In this document: positions 24,307 to 34,060 of the stretch, one piece after another
Numbering within the stretch: position 1 is the first letter of the stretch
Layout of the letters: each line of letters starts with the position of its first letter
DNA from: an uncultured Thermodesulfobacteriaceae bacterium
GTDB taxonomy: Bacteria; Desulfobacterota; Dissulfuribacteria; Dissulfuribacterales; UBA3076
Length of the DNA: 40,708 nucleotides
Reading direction: 5' to 3'
Assembly (NCBI GenBank): GCA_964585405.1
Contig: CAZPDU010000027.1
Coordinates: forward strand, 1 to 40,708
Position numbers and translations under genes: made by a program
Notes under the pieces: model-generated
The model's database searches: none
What the model was told of the DNA's origin: nothing
What the model saw: the letters and a program-made list of their open reading frames with translations, nothing else

Positions 24307-26778
24307 TTATCTCATCAATTCTTTTTTAACGGCCGCCCCGATTTTTTTCAGGGTATAAGGCTTTTTGACATACTGTCCTGCCCCCAGTCGTTGAGCCTTC
24401 TTCAGACGTTCTGTTTCGGAAAAACCGCTTGTGATAATAGCCTTCTGATTTGGATGTAACTTGAGGATTTTACGATAGGTATCTAGCCCGTCAATACCGG
24501 AGTTCATGATCATATCCAGTACAAGAAGATCTACATAATTACTTTTTATATATTCAACCGCTTTTTCCCCGCTCTCGACCGCTTCCACTGAGTAGCCCAG
24601 GCTGGAAAGCATATTAGAGGCTATTTCTCTCTGATCATCCACATCGTCGACTACTAAGATATTTTCTCCTTGCCCTTTCAGATTTTCTAACAAAAGATCA
24701 GGCGGTATTTTTTCAAATTTTCTGTTGGTTACAGGAAAGTAGAGGATGAATGTGGTCCCTTTTCTTTCCCTGCTTTTAACATCGATATAACCTTTGTGGT
24801 CTTTAACCGTACCCCACACAACGGACATGCCCAGCCCTGTTCCACTCCTCCCCATTTTCTTTTTTGTGTAGAAAGGCTCAAAGATCCTGCTGATGTCATC
24901 TTGTGAGATACCCGACCCTGTGTCCCTTACGACAAGTATCACATAATCGCCTTCATTCACCTGGTCATAGCCGGTTACCGGTCTATCGACATACCTGTTT
25001 TCCGTAGAAATATATATTTTACCACCATCATTTATAGCCTCCGTAGCATTGGACACCAGATTCATGATGGTCTTGGAAATATGTACAGGAGATCCTGATA
25101 AGTTAAGCAAATCCGAATCCAGGTTTACTATCACTTCCACATCGGGATGAAGCGAGATCAGGCGATCATATTCCGGACTTCTGATATAAGCGGAAACAAT
25201 ATCATTAAGATTCACTACCTCGCTGTGAGTAACGCCCCTGCGTGCCAGTGTCAGTAAATCCTGGACTATGGCGGCCGCCTTTTCTCCCGCCCTCTGTATG
25301 GTCATAATGGGCTTTCTTAAAGTACTATCAGCAGGTAACTGCGTAAGCAGCAGATCTGGATAGCTTACGATTCCGGAAAGCACATTATTGAGATCATGGG
25401 CTACCCCGCCGGCAAGAGTCCCTATGGCCTCCATTTTTTCCGCCCTCTGGAGACGCGCTTCAAGTTCGAACCTTTCTTTTTCAACCTGCTTTCTCTCTGA
25501 CAGATCTATCATAATGCCTCTCAGGCCTGAGGGTTTTCCCTGTCGCAGAATCAGATTTGAATGTATCAAGATCGGGAATGTGCTCCCATCTTTTCTCAGC
25601 GCTGTGTATTCTACACCGCCCAAGATCCTTCCGCTTAAAATTGCCGCGAGATTCTTCTCTGCCCTTTCCCGATCATCAGGTACCAGCATTTCGAGGGCAT
25701 TTAAGCCTTCTTTGAAGTCCTTATCATTATAACCGAACTCCTTGAAGGCATTGAGGTTTGCGAATTTCAGCTCGCCTTCTTCGTCGGTCTCAAATACGAC
25801 TTGAGGTAAAGAATCAGCCAATTCTTTATACTTCATTTCGCTTTCTCGCAGGGCCTGCTTGGTCCTTTTGAGTTCGGTTATCGGTGTAACGCTGGAACGG
25901 ACACCTACAATCTGGCCTTCTTTCCAGATAGGCGCGCAATAAGCCAGTACATCAATACTACTTCCATCTTTACACTTTACTTTGTATTCACCTGGTTCCT
26001 GGGCCTCGTCTTTTAGAAGCCAGAGAAAATGTCCTTTATATTTTTCCTCCTGAGCGGGGAATATCTGGTCTGCGTATAGACCCTTTTCCAGATCAGTTTG
26101 AGAAAAGCCTAATACTTCTAACCCATATGTATTGACATAGGTAAACCGCCCATTGGCGTCATGCTCGCAGACAATGGTAGGCAGCAGTTCCACTGTCTCC
26201 CTGAATCTTTCTTCGCTTGCACAAATAGCCGCCTCATATTCAAGTTGCCTTTGGCGATCAAGTCCCATAGTGGCCACGATCTCCGCATAAGTAGTGAGGA
26301 AATCAAGGATGATGGAAAGTCTCTGTTGATCGATAATAGGTACCTCGCTTAAAGCTTCCAAATATGACTTTTTCTCGAAGCCATATTTAGCTGCCTGAGC
26401 CCGGAAAAAGTCCAAATCAGGCGGTTCAAGCAGAAACTGTCCCGCAAAGGCATTAGCTATGTGGGTTTTTTCTATAATTATAGGCGATGCGGCATCAGTC
26501 AGTCCGTTTAGACAACGATACATGGAGAACCTTTGATTTTTCTGCAAGGCGTTGGCCATTCGTGTGTCACTATTGATGCATCTCATACGAGTTCTCTGAT
26601 TAACTCGATGGAAATCCGTGCAGATTCTTTGCCATCTGGACCCTACAATTATTTCGCCCTCAAGATCGATTATCGCAGCTGCGATTCCCACCGCGTTACA
26701 GAAACTGTCGAGGAGCCTTTGGCTCTTGTCCACATCAATAAGTTCTTTTAGCTCATACCGCTCTTTTTTTGCTCCCAT
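24307..26778 (-). CDS. hybrid sensor histidine kinase: PocR sensory domain, two PAS domains, HisKA, HATPase_c and a C-terminal receiver
   Basis: I prefer the ATG at 26778 (MGAKKERYEL) because AAGGTGGA lies upstream; the track ORF starts at 26838. The N-terminal part is PocR-like (LLDSFCNAVGIAAAIIDLEGEIIVGSRWQRICTDFHR). The H-box is GGVAHDLNNVLSGI, with G-boxes DTGSGI and GTGLGMS. The receiver has LLVLDMIM and a conserved K near the C-terminus. Confidence 0.85.
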   Translation of the reverse strand: MGAKKERYELKELIDVDKSQRLLDSFCNAVGIAAAIIDLEGEIIVGSRWQRICTDFHRVNQRTRMRCINSDTRMANALQKNQRFSMYRCLNGLTDAASPIIIEKTHIANAFAGQFLLEPPDLDFFRAQAAKYGFEKKSYLEALSEVPIIDQQRLSIILDFLTTYAEIVATMGLDRQRQLEYEAAICASEERFRETVELLPTIVCEHDANGRFTYVNTYGLEVLGFSQTDLEKGLYADQIFPAQEEKYKGHFLWLLKDEAQEPGEYKVKCKDGSSIDVLAYCAPIWKEGQIVGVRSSVTPITELKRTKQALRESEMKYKELADSLPQVVFETDEEGELKFANLNAFKEFGYNDKDFKEGLNALEMLVPDDRERAEKNLAAILSGRILGGVEYTALRKDGSTFPILIHSNLILRQGKPSGLRGIMIDLSERKQVEKERFELEARLQRAEKMEAIGTLAGGVAHDLNNVLSGIVSYPDLLLTQLPADSTLRKPIMTIQRAGEKAAAIVQDLLTLARRGVTHSEVVNLNDIVSAYIRSPEYDRLISLHPDVEVIVNLDSDLLNLSGSPVHISKTIMNLVSNATEAINDGGKIYISTENRYVDRPVTGYDQVNEGDYVILVVRDTGSGISQDDISRIFEPFYTKKKMGRSGTGLGMSVVWGTVKDHKGYIDVKSRERKGTTFILYFPVTNRKFEKIPPDLLLENLKGQGENILVVDDVDDQREIASNMLSSLGYSVEAVESGEKAVEYIKSNYVDLLVLDMIMNSGIDGLDTYRKILKLHPNQKAIITSGFSETERLKKAQRLGAGQYVKKPYTLKKIGAAVKKELMR

Positions 26779-27126
26779 CTGGTCAAATCCACCTTTAAGT
26801 GTCTTCAAGGTTATGCAGAAGCAATTGAGTTGCATCAAGCCCGGGTTAATTTGTCCCTATGTGTATTGCACAGATTTTAACGACAGGTCTATGAATTCAA
26901 CAGGAGTAGACCGGGCCCTTGAAAAGTCACTATATAGAAACTTAATCGACAAATTACACAATCAGATAAACATAAAAAGGGTAAGTTTTTTGCTGGATAT
27001 TCTATGCCGGCTATTCATTTTAGGTCATCACGTGGCCATAAAGCTACCAACAAGAAGAGCGATTTGAATCAGGAATTTTGTTTTCTGACAAAAGAAAGAT
27101 TGATACATGCTCATATCTAGCTGCCT

Positions 27127-27142
27127 TGGTACAGACTTTGCT
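27127..27142 (+). promoter_or_regulatory. sigma54 -24/-12 promoter candidate
   Basis: TGGTAC-AGACT-TTGCT, with GG and GC separated by 10 nt and one mismatch to TGGCAC-N5-TTGCW. The predicted start is near 27153, 33 nt upstream of the ATG at 27186. AGGAGG lies at 27172-27177. Confidence 0.6.
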
Positions 27143-27185
27143 CTTTAAGGCATTAAGAGTAACTATTCTGTAGGAGGCAGTAACC

Positions 27186-29591
27186 ATGAACATCAATAAT
27201 AAACAGCCCGGTGCCGATTTCGGTGACTTTTCAATAAAATCCAGATCAGGCAAGGTTTTCGGCAAGCATCGCAATGCCAAAAAAAATTTACATAAAGTTT
27301 TGTTAAAGACTAAAAATATTTTTTCTTTTATCGTTGCATATATGATATTTCTGCCAGGGCTCTCACTCGGAGGAGGAACGGCTGTTATATCATGGGACTC
27401 CAATACAGAGCCTGATATTTCAGAATATAAGGTATTTTATGGTACAAGCAGTGGCAATTACTCAGATTGCATTACGGTAAATTCTACTGAGACCTCATGT
27501 CAAATCATTGACTTGCTGGAGGGAAACACCTACTATTTTGCCGTGAAGGCAATAGACATGTCAGGGCAGGAGAGCGAATTCTCTTCTGAGGTCTATAAAT
27601 ATATTCCGGTCCCAAATGTCTCTCCAGTGGCTAATATACAGGTAAATGCATATCACGGCATAGCACCGTTTGAAGTAATTCTGGATGCAGGCCTATCTTC
27701 AGATGCGGATGGTGAAATAGTTCTGTATTCATGGCAATTCGGCGATGGCTCCTCCGGGAACGGTGTTACTACTTCACATATCTATGATACACCGGGCACA
27801 TACACAGCCAGTCTGACTGTTACTGACAATACAGGGGGCTCGGATACAGAGACATTACAGATCGAAGTCATTTGCAACCAGCCTCCTGAAGCGTATATGG
27901 TACTCAGCAGGGTCAGCGGTTACGCACCATTATCTATAGATTTTGATGCAAGCGGTTCAACTGATAGCGACGGGAGTATTGTAGAATATAATTGGGACTT
28001 TGGTGACGAAGCAGCCGGCAGTGGATCGACTGTTTCTCACACTTATAGTAATACAGGTTTCTATACGATCACCTTATCGGTAACCGATGATAAAGGTGTT
28101 GCGGATACCGTTACAGCGACAATAGAGGTACGGCAGGGGTACCAATATACCTGGCATTTCGGTAATGGTCCGGATGCTGATTTTTCGGGAACTGTAGAAG
28201 ATACCTATATCAATCTTAATGATCAGAACTATTCAGATAATGAAATCCTGAGGCTGTATACCTGGCCTACGGACGAGGCAGCGAATGTAATCATCATGAA
28301 ATGGGATATTTCTGCCATTCCGGGTGATGCAGAGATAAGAGAGGCCATGGTACAGCTCTTCATGTCCGATATGGAATCGGATGGTGGCGACGACCCGTAT
28401 GACGTATCGGCACATCGTATAATCAACCACGACCCCGTAATTTCTCTCTGTAACGGTTTGACATACGACGGTGTCAGCGGGTGGACCACTGGTGAGGACA
28501 ATATTACCCTTGCACAATCTGACATAGCTTTCGAAGAAAGCATCGTTTCAGTGGATAAAATCTATGATTATAGGTCATGGAATATAACTAATATGGTACA
28601 GTATTGGATATCAACGCCTACAGAAAATTACGGATTACTCATCAATGCAGACAAAACTGCAGGTGCAGACAGTAACCGTTACTTTACCTCCAGCGAAGAC
28701 GAAGATGGCACTAAACGCCCGAAACTCATTGTAACTTTTGTGACGGGTGAGCCGATCAACCTTCCGCCAATGGCTAAGATGATTGCAGAACCAATCAGCG
28801 GTCAGGCCCCACTCCTTGTGAGTTTCGACGCCAGCACCTCGCAGGATCCAGAAGGCTCGATCGCAAGTTGTCAATGGGACTTCGGCGACGGTACCGGCGG
28901 TGAGGGCGCACAAATTTCCCATACTTATCAGGACCCGGGTATCTATAACGCAAAACTCACTGTTACAGACGATCAGGGAGCTACTGATTCAATCCTCATG
29001 GAAATCAGTGTGACATCAAACAGTGCGCCTGTAGCCGTTATAGATGGCTGGCCTTTAAGCGGCTATGTACCTTTGATAGTAAGCCTGAACGCGAGTGGTT
29101 CTAGCGATAGTGATGGGTCCATAGTAAATTATAACTGGGACTTTGGTGATAATTCCAGCCAGACCGGAATTGAAGCAGAACATATCTATAACGCTTCCGG
29201 TAACCATGTGGTCACTCTGACTGTAACGGATGATAACGGGGCAACAGGGACCGCCACGGTGACAGTGCAAGTGGCTGCCAACAGCCCACCGGAAATTCTG
29301 GATTTTTCTGCAAGTCCGACAGAATTTGACAATCCTCCCGGCAAAGTGACCTTCTCTTGTTCAGCCGTGGATATGGACAATGACAGCCTTTCATACAGCC
29401 TGGACTTCGGCGACGGCAAGCTCACTGACAGCCTTCCCGTGTCTCATAACTATACCGCGGCAGGCACCTATGAGGCGGTACTTAAGGTTGCTGACGACCA
29501 TGATAACGAAGTGAGTCAGGCGGTAACCATAGTAGTAAATAATTCGAAACCAAACGCCCCGAGCAATGTAAAAGTGGTACTCAAGGACTGA
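27186..29591 (+). CDS. secreted/cell-surface protein: signal anchor, FN3, two PKD domains, a DNRLRE-like domain, three PKD domains
   Basis: 801 aa. The FN3-like segment spans aa ~66-138 (ISWDSN...YKVFYG...YYFAVKAIDMSGQES). Five PKD repeats carry W/L-x-FGDG and H-x-Y...G-x-Y...L-x-V-x-D motifs (aa ~147-228, 232-315, 527-609, 613-696, 700-784). The central aa ~335-520 (ILRLYTWP...IMKWDISAIPGDAEIREAMVQLF...RPKLIVTF) resembles the DNRLRE-type domain; that call is tentative. Confidence 0.8.
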   Translation: MNINNKQPGADFGDFSIKSRSGKVFGKHRNAKKNLHKVLLKTKNIFSFIVAYMIFLPGLSLGGGTAVISWDSNTEPDISEYKVFYGTSSGNYSDCITVNSTETSCQIIDLLEGNTYYFAVKAIDMSGQESEFSSEVYKYIPVPNVSPVANIQVNAYHGIAPFEVILDAGLSSDADGEIVLYSWQFGDGSSGNGVTTSHIYDTPGTYTASLTVTDNTGGSDTETLQIEVICNQPPEAYMVLSRVSGYAPLSIDFDASGSTDSDGSIVEYNWDFGDEAAGSGSTVSHTYSNTGFYTITLSVTDDKGVADTVTATIEVRQGYQYTWHFGNGPDADFSGTVEDTYINLNDQNYSDNEILRLYTWPTDEAANVIIMKWDISAIPGDAEIREAMVQLFMSDMESDGGDDPYDVSAHRIINHDPVISLCNGLTYDGVSGWTTGEDNITLAQSDIAFEESIVSVDKIYDYRSWNITNMVQYWISTPTENYGLLINADKTAGADSNRYFTSSEDEDGTKRPKLIVTFVTGEPINLPPMAKMIAEPISGQAPLLVSFDASTSQDPEGSIASCQWDFGDGTGGEGAQISHTYQDPGIYNAKLTVTDDQGATDSILMEISVTSNSAPVAVIDGWPLSGYVPLIVSLNASGSSDSDGSIVNYNWDFGDNSSQTGIEAEHIYNASGNHVVTLTVTDDNGATGTATVTVQVAANSPPEILDFSASPTEFDNPPGKVTFSCSAVDMDNDSLSYSLDFGDGKLTDSLPVSHNYTAAGTYEAVLKVADDHDNEVSQAVTIVVNNSKPNAPSNVKVVLKD

Positions 29592-29627
29592 CAGAGTAGA
29601 TAAAATCAGGATGACTGAAGGTCCGGC

Positions 29628-29666
29628 CCTGTAATCAGAGGCCGGACCTTTTTTCTTGTTTCGCTG
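29628..29666 (+). terminator. Rho-independent terminator
   Basis: AAGGTCCGGCC (29628-29638) pairs perfectly with GGCCGGACCTT (29650-29660) around an 11-nt loop, followed by TTTTT. It starts 37 nt after the stop codon. Confidence 0.85.
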
Positions 29667-29739
29667 TGAAACCTCAATACTTCGACCATCCGTGTAATCC
29701 GTGTCTAAAATGGTTAACTAAAACGTGCAAGCTTACCCA

Positions 29740-30669
29740 CTAATTTTGGAATGCCATAAGCCACGCCATGATTGGCACAAGACATGTGATCAATCCTATA
29801 AAACGGTCCGATCTAAGAGAAGGAAGGTTGGTAATCTTTAATAGTTGACCTGCGATCAATCCCAGTATAAGACCTGACATGAAACCGAAAAAATGTGCCC
29901 CGATATCCGTATGCTCACCATAGGTGCCCAAAAAACCGAGGAGTGCAATGCCGGCTCCTACTGGTACAGCGCGGTCTTTAAAAGAAAGGCGTTGTGCAGT
30001 GAGTGTCTGAAGCGCTATTATTATACCCAATGCCCCGAAAATAGCGGTAGAAGATCCGATAGAACTGTGGGCCTCCCCATGCGCCAGGGCATTAATCAAA
30101 TTTCCAAGTATACCTGATGAGAGGGTTATCCACCATCCAAGGCCGGTGCCCAAAAGGCTGCAAAGCCAGACCATTAATAGCCCTCCCATCATCATGTTTC
30201 CAAGCAGATGTGGAGGATCGGAATGCAGTGTCAGGGCAGTCACCAGGCGCCACCATTGTCCGTCATGAAGAATGCTGTCCACATCTCCGCTGCCGATTCG
30301 AATCAATTGCTCTCTCCAGTTCTCTGAAAAGGAAAAACTGAATATCGCGGTTAATATGAGCACGGTCCAAAGCGTAGATTGCGCATTAGCATACCATGAA
30401 GCAACTTCAGTTTTCAGAGGCCATGCCTCATTCTCATTATCATATTTTTCAAGTTCGTCAGCCGCAAGGGTTTCATGTTCTGGAGCGACTGTTATCCTGT
30501 AACCATATGCCGAGTGCATTATCTTATGGGGTATATTACGGGCAGTCAGCACCAGCGACCAGATTTCCGCCTGCTCCTTTGGCACAGGTCTGTTAAGATA
30601 TCTTTTTACCAAGGCTGAATGGCCGGAAAGGACCTGAGGTTCAGCCGCTTTTTCATCAAGTGTATTCAT
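29740..30669 (-). CDS. rhomboid family intramembrane serine protease
   Basis: It has the WRLVTALTLHSDPPHLLGNM motif, the catalytic serine context GSSTAIFGALG and the histidine context GAHFFGFMSGLILG, plus multiple TM helices. The start is uncertain: the ATG at 30669 is given, and the track uses TTG at 30708. Confidence 0.8.
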   Translation of the reverse strand: MNTLDEKAAEPQVLSGHSALVKRYLNRPVPKEQAEIWSLVLTARNIPHKIMHSAYGYRITVAPEHETLAADELEKYDNENEAWPLKTEVASWYANAQSTLWTVLILTAIFSFSFSENWREQLIRIGSGDVDSILHDGQWWRLVTALTLHSDPPHLLGNMMMGGLLMVWLCSLLGTGLGWWITLSSGILGNLINALAHGEAHSSIGSSTAIFGALGIIIALQTLTAQRLSFKDRAVPVGAGIALLGFLGTYGEHTDIGAHFFGFMSGLILGLIAGQLLKITNLPSLRSDRFIGLITCLVPIMAWLMAFQN

Positions 30670-30789
30670 AAATAAAGGGGGAAATAGACATCCTTCACGA
30701 CAGGTCAAAAGTAGTTTATACTTTGTTAATTACGTATTTTGACAGTGAAATTTGAAAACAGGAAATTGACTATACTCCAAGTCTAAATT

Positions 30790-32241
30790 GTGGACAATAA
30801 AGTGAACATAGATTGCCGGGGAGCCGAGCAGACATCGGGTGGCCTTTCGTGTCGAATCAGGCGGGCAGCTGGCTCACTGATGGACTGGATTTGGTCAACT
30901 CCCGAACCTGATGAGCAAAAATGGCTGAATTTAATAAGGATAATCACAAGGATTCATTTTATACTGTTTCAGGAATTTCAGCGTGACTTCATAACCCTCA
31001 GGGCGAGTGCCCTGACCTACACGGTGGTCCTGTCCCTGGTCCCCATGCTGGCTTTGGGTACCGCAGTCTTAAAGGGTTTGGGCGCCGGAGACCAGATGCG
31101 TGAGGTTGCTTATAAATTTATTGACCAGCTTGACCTTTCTGTAAACCCGGTGGAAGAAAGTGAGCAACAGATCACCCCTGCCGGCGGCCCTTTTCCCGAT
31201 CGTCAGCCTGGCAGAGACACAGCGACAGCAGCAGAGCCATCCCCAAACAGTCTTATTAATCATCTTCGAAAGGCGGTAGATCAGGTCTTTGATTATGTGG
31301 ACCTCACCAACTTCGCCACCTTGGGTGCCTTTGGAATCCTGGGGGTTGTGATTGCATCGATTTTTGTCCTGGGCAGCATCGAGCAGGCCATGAACGCCAT
31401 CTGGCAGGCAGAGAGCAGCCGGCCAGTCGGCCGGAAGGTTATGGACTACCTGGCCCTTATGATACTGCTCCCGGTAAGCATAAATACAGTAATGGCCGCA
31501 ATGGCGACTCTTCAGAGCCAGGTTTTGCTGGTCAGGCTTCAGGTAATACTGCCTGGAACCTGGATAGCCTCTTTCCTCCTGAACTTAATTCCCATAATAT
31601 TATTGGTAGCCACTTTCACCATACTGTACAGGTTTCTCCCAAATACCAGAGTGAAATTTTTTCCTGCCTTTGTAGGTGGGGTATGCGGGGGGATGGGTTG
31701 GCTTCTGATACAGATCATTTATATAAAACTTCAGATAGGAGTGGCCCGCTACAACGCCATCTATGGCTCCTTTGCCACTCTGCCGCTCTTCCTGATTTGG
31801 ATGCAAGTGTGCTGGGTAGTCTTTCTGTCTGGTGCGGAAATGGCCTTTGCAGTTCAAGTCTGGCGCAGTTATCTATGGAAGAACGCAATACTTAATCCGA
31901 GCGTCCGGCTGGCTCTTGCCTTTGACATTATGAAAACAACCCTGGCCGATTTTCATGAAAGAAGGGTTACGGACCGGACCAGCCTGGTAAGACGTCTCAA
32001 CCAACCGAATTCTTATATAGTAAGCGTCCTGGAGAGTCTCTTTAGTACGGGCCTGCTGAGGAGAGTCGATGGCGAAAAGGATCGATTCGTACCCGCAGCG
32101 CCGGCTGAAGAAATTGATTCTTCCGAGATCGTTGATCTTATTTATGGCACAGAAGTGCCTTCTTCGCCAGGAGGCCAAATGGCGAAAAAGGGTCTTAAGG
32201 CAGCAAGATCGGCCCTGGCTGAAGAAAGAATGATACATTGA
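30790..32241 (+). CDS. YihY/BrkB (virulence factor BrkB) family inner-membrane protein with a C-terminal extension
   Basis: It carries RASALTYTVVLSLVPMLAL and YGSFATLPLFLIWMQVCWVVFLSGAEMAF, both typical of the YihY family. The start is uncertain: the track uses GTG at 30790, and an internal Met (MDWIW) is possible. Confidence 0.8.
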   Translation: MDNKVNIDCRGAEQTSGGLSCRIRRAAGSLMDWIWSTPEPDEQKWLNLIRIITRIHFILFQEFQRDFITLRASALTYTVVLSLVPMLALGTAVLKGLGAGDQMREVAYKFIDQLDLSVNPVEESEQQITPAGGPFPDRQPGRDTATAAEPSPNSLINHLRKAVDQVFDYVDLTNFATLGAFGILGVVIASIFVLGSIEQAMNAIWQAESSRPVGRKVMDYLALMILLPVSINTVMAAMATLQSQVLLVRLQVILPGTWIASFLLNLIPIILLVATFTILYRFLPNTRVKFFPAFVGGVCGGMGWLLIQIIYIKLQIGVARYNAIYGSFATLPLFLIWMQVCWVVFLSGAEMAFAVQVWRSYLWKNAILNPSVRLALAFDIMKTTLADFHERRVTDRTSLVRRLNQPNSYIVSVLESLFSTGLLRRVDGEKDRFVPAAPAEEIDSSEIVDLIYGTEVPSSPGGQMAKKGLKAARSALAEERMIH

Positions 32242-32912
32242 GAGACACGATCAGATCCATATTATTCGATATGGACGGGGTAATCCTTGACAGCATGCCC
32301 TATCACGTCAGGTCCTGGCAGGAGGCCCTCAACGAACGGGGGTTTTCAGTGTCTGCAGAGCTGCTTTACCTCCACGAAGGTGCAATTGATCTGAACACGG
32401 CCGCGGCGATCTTCCGGGGCAATAATCGTTTCATAGATGCCGATGTGTTCCGTGAGATACTTGAGCGTCAGATGGAGATATTCGCCACTCGTTATCAGTC
32501 ATTGATCAAGCCGTTTCCAGCGGTGTTGCAGATACTGAAGCGGCTCAGAGAAGCCGGGTTGCAACTTGCCCTGGTCACAAGCTCTCACTCGGAAATTCTC
32601 AAAAAGGTCCTCCCGCCCGAGATAAAAAGCCATATGGATCATATAGTTACTGGAGATAAGGTCAGCAGGAGAAAACCATTTCCAGATCCGTTTTTGACCG
32701 CTCTTTCAGCCCTGGATCAGAGTTCGAATACCTGCCTTGTAGTGGAAAACGCGCCAGCCGGCATCATGTCGGCCAAGGCCGCTTTCCTTCATTGTGTCGC
32801 CCTTACCACCACCCTTCCTGAAGAATACCTGTCTGAGGCTGACGCAGTATTCAACTCGCATGCCGAACTGAGTGACTATCTTTTTAGACCGCAGCCGGGG
32901 CAGGGCAGATAA
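32238..32912 (+). CDS. HAD-superfamily hydrolase (beta-phosphoglucomutase/phosphatase subfamily IA)
   Basis: It has motif I ILFDMDGVILDS, motif II LVTSS, and a motif III/IV region (K...ENAPAG). The TTG start overlaps the yihY-like stop (TTGA at 32238-32241). No in-frame ATG precedes motif I. Confidence 0.8.
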   Translation: MRDTIRSILFDMDGVILDSMPYHVRSWQEALNERGFSVSAELLYLHEGAIDLNTAAAIFRGNNRFIDADVFREILERQMEIFATRYQSLIKPFPAVLQILKRLREAGLQLALVTSSHSEILKKVLPPEIKSHMDHIVTGDKVSRRKPFPDPFLTALSALDQSSNTCLVVENAPAGIMSAKAAFLHCVALTTTLPEEYLSEADAVFNSHAELSDYLFRPQPGQGR

Positions 32913-32986
32913 AAGGGGGATCTGAGATAAACGAGGCCAATATTTTTCAGCAATATCGATAATGTTATTCTATTCAGCTTGAAATC

Positions 32987-33027
32987 AAAAAAAAGGAAAG
33001 TCAGGTTTATGCTGACTTTCCCTTTTC
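32987..33027. terminator. bidirectional Rho-independent terminator between convergent genes
   Basis: GGAAAGTCAG (32995-33004) pairs perfectly with CTGACTTTCC (33012-33021) around a 7-nt loop. An A8 run lies on the left (32987-32994) and CTTTT on the right. Confidence 0.85.
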
Positions 33028-33065
33028 AAAATTGTCTATTTTGTTGTTCAAACAGTCATATCTAT

Positions 33066-33977
33066 TTACATGCGCAGATCATGTGCTATGCCGTGGCATG
33101 CACTGCACTTCGGATATTTCTGGTGTATTGCAGGATTATGCGGCGCATCGCCGTGACAATCCTGGCAGGCCATGAGTTCTTTGTGGACCGGATGACATTC
33201 TGCGCACGCCAATTCCGAATGTTTGGTCTGGTGGGTCTTAAGGTCTGCATATGGCGTTTCATGGCATCCAGCGCATATCAGATTATTTTCTACTTCCCCT
33301 GAATAAGTGATCTGCAATGGCTCATGAACCGGATGGCAGACGATGCATTGCGGGGTATTCATGGTTACCATTGGACTGTGATTTCCATGACATTCTGAAC
33401 ATTCAGGTATCCTGCCATGAACTTCAGAGTGACATGAAGAGCAGCTTTCGTCCGTATGTGCGCTGGGATGCCTGATCAGGGTCTGTGCCACTTCAGTATG
33501 GCATACCCTGCATTGCGGTTCCATATTGGATGGATCCGGAATTGCCGCAACTGGTCTGTGGGGGTCCGCATGACAATCTGCACATTTCTGAACCGCTGCG
33601 TCTTCACCATGGGGATTCTCATGACAGGCAGCGCATTTAGGCATGATCTCAGCATAATTATTCTTCAATGGATTATAGGCATGATAAACCTCGTGGCAAT
33701 CCGTACATGAAACACTGACATGCCTGCCACCCTCTTCTTTGATCCTTGTAAATTGATCCATATGGCATTGCGCACACTCTTGCGTGGTGAGGGGCACTAC
33801 CGGAACATTATAAACGCTGCCCCCTTCAACGGTCTCTGTTGCTGCCGTCTCTTGCACCTGAGCAGGTTCTCCGGTCTGTAAAGCAGCAGGCTGTTGTTTC
33901 ACACAGCCAAAGCTGATGGCTAAAATAAGCAGAGCTACTGTTCCGATCAGCATTCCAATCCCATTTTTTACCGTCAT
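33066..33977 (-). CDS. dodecahaem c-type cytochrome, probably lipid-anchored
   Basis: 303 aa with 12 CxxCH motifs. The N-terminal hydrophobic segment ends in AISFGC, which is lipobox-like. A low-complexity Q/P/A/E/T linker follows. Extra His residues between haem motifs are consistent with bis-His ligation. Confidence 0.9.
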   Translation of the reverse strand: MTVKNGIGMLIGTVALLILAISFGCVKQQPAALQTGEPAQVQETAATETVEGGSVYNVPVVPLTTQECAQCHMDQFTRIKEEGGRHVSVSCTDCHEVYHAYNPLKNNYAEIMPKCAACHENPHGEDAAVQKCADCHADPHRPVAAIPDPSNMEPQCRVCHTEVAQTLIRHPSAHTDESCSSCHSEVHGRIPECSECHGNHSPMVTMNTPQCIVCHPVHEPLQITYSGEVENNLICAGCHETPYADLKTHQTKHSELACAECHPVHKELMACQDCHGDAPHNPAIHQKYPKCSACHGIAHDLRM

Positions 33978-34060
33978 TTTCCTAGTCCTTTGTTTCGGGT
34001 TTTTCCTGTTAACTGAATTCCATAATTCTAAATATTTTATAATATGGTCTTAATTCCAGA

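Noticed and set aside
26779-26838. Upstream start at 26838 for the hybrid histidine kinase.
   Set aside because: The extra 20 residues (MMQLNCFCITLKTLKGGFDQ) have no SD. The ATG at 26778 is preceded by AAGGTGGA at suitable spacing.
27044-27403. 119-codon minus-strand ORF spanning the PKD-protein promoter and start.
   Set aside because: It overlaps the sigma54 element, the SD and the 5' end of a well-supported gene on the other strand. It has no SD or family signal.
32979-33302. 107-codon plus-strand ORF starting in the HAD/cytochrome spacer.
   Set aside because: Its start lies just upstream of the bidirectional terminator, so its first codons span the hairpin. The rest is antisense to the CxxCH-rich cytochrome gene, so it is a shadow ORF.
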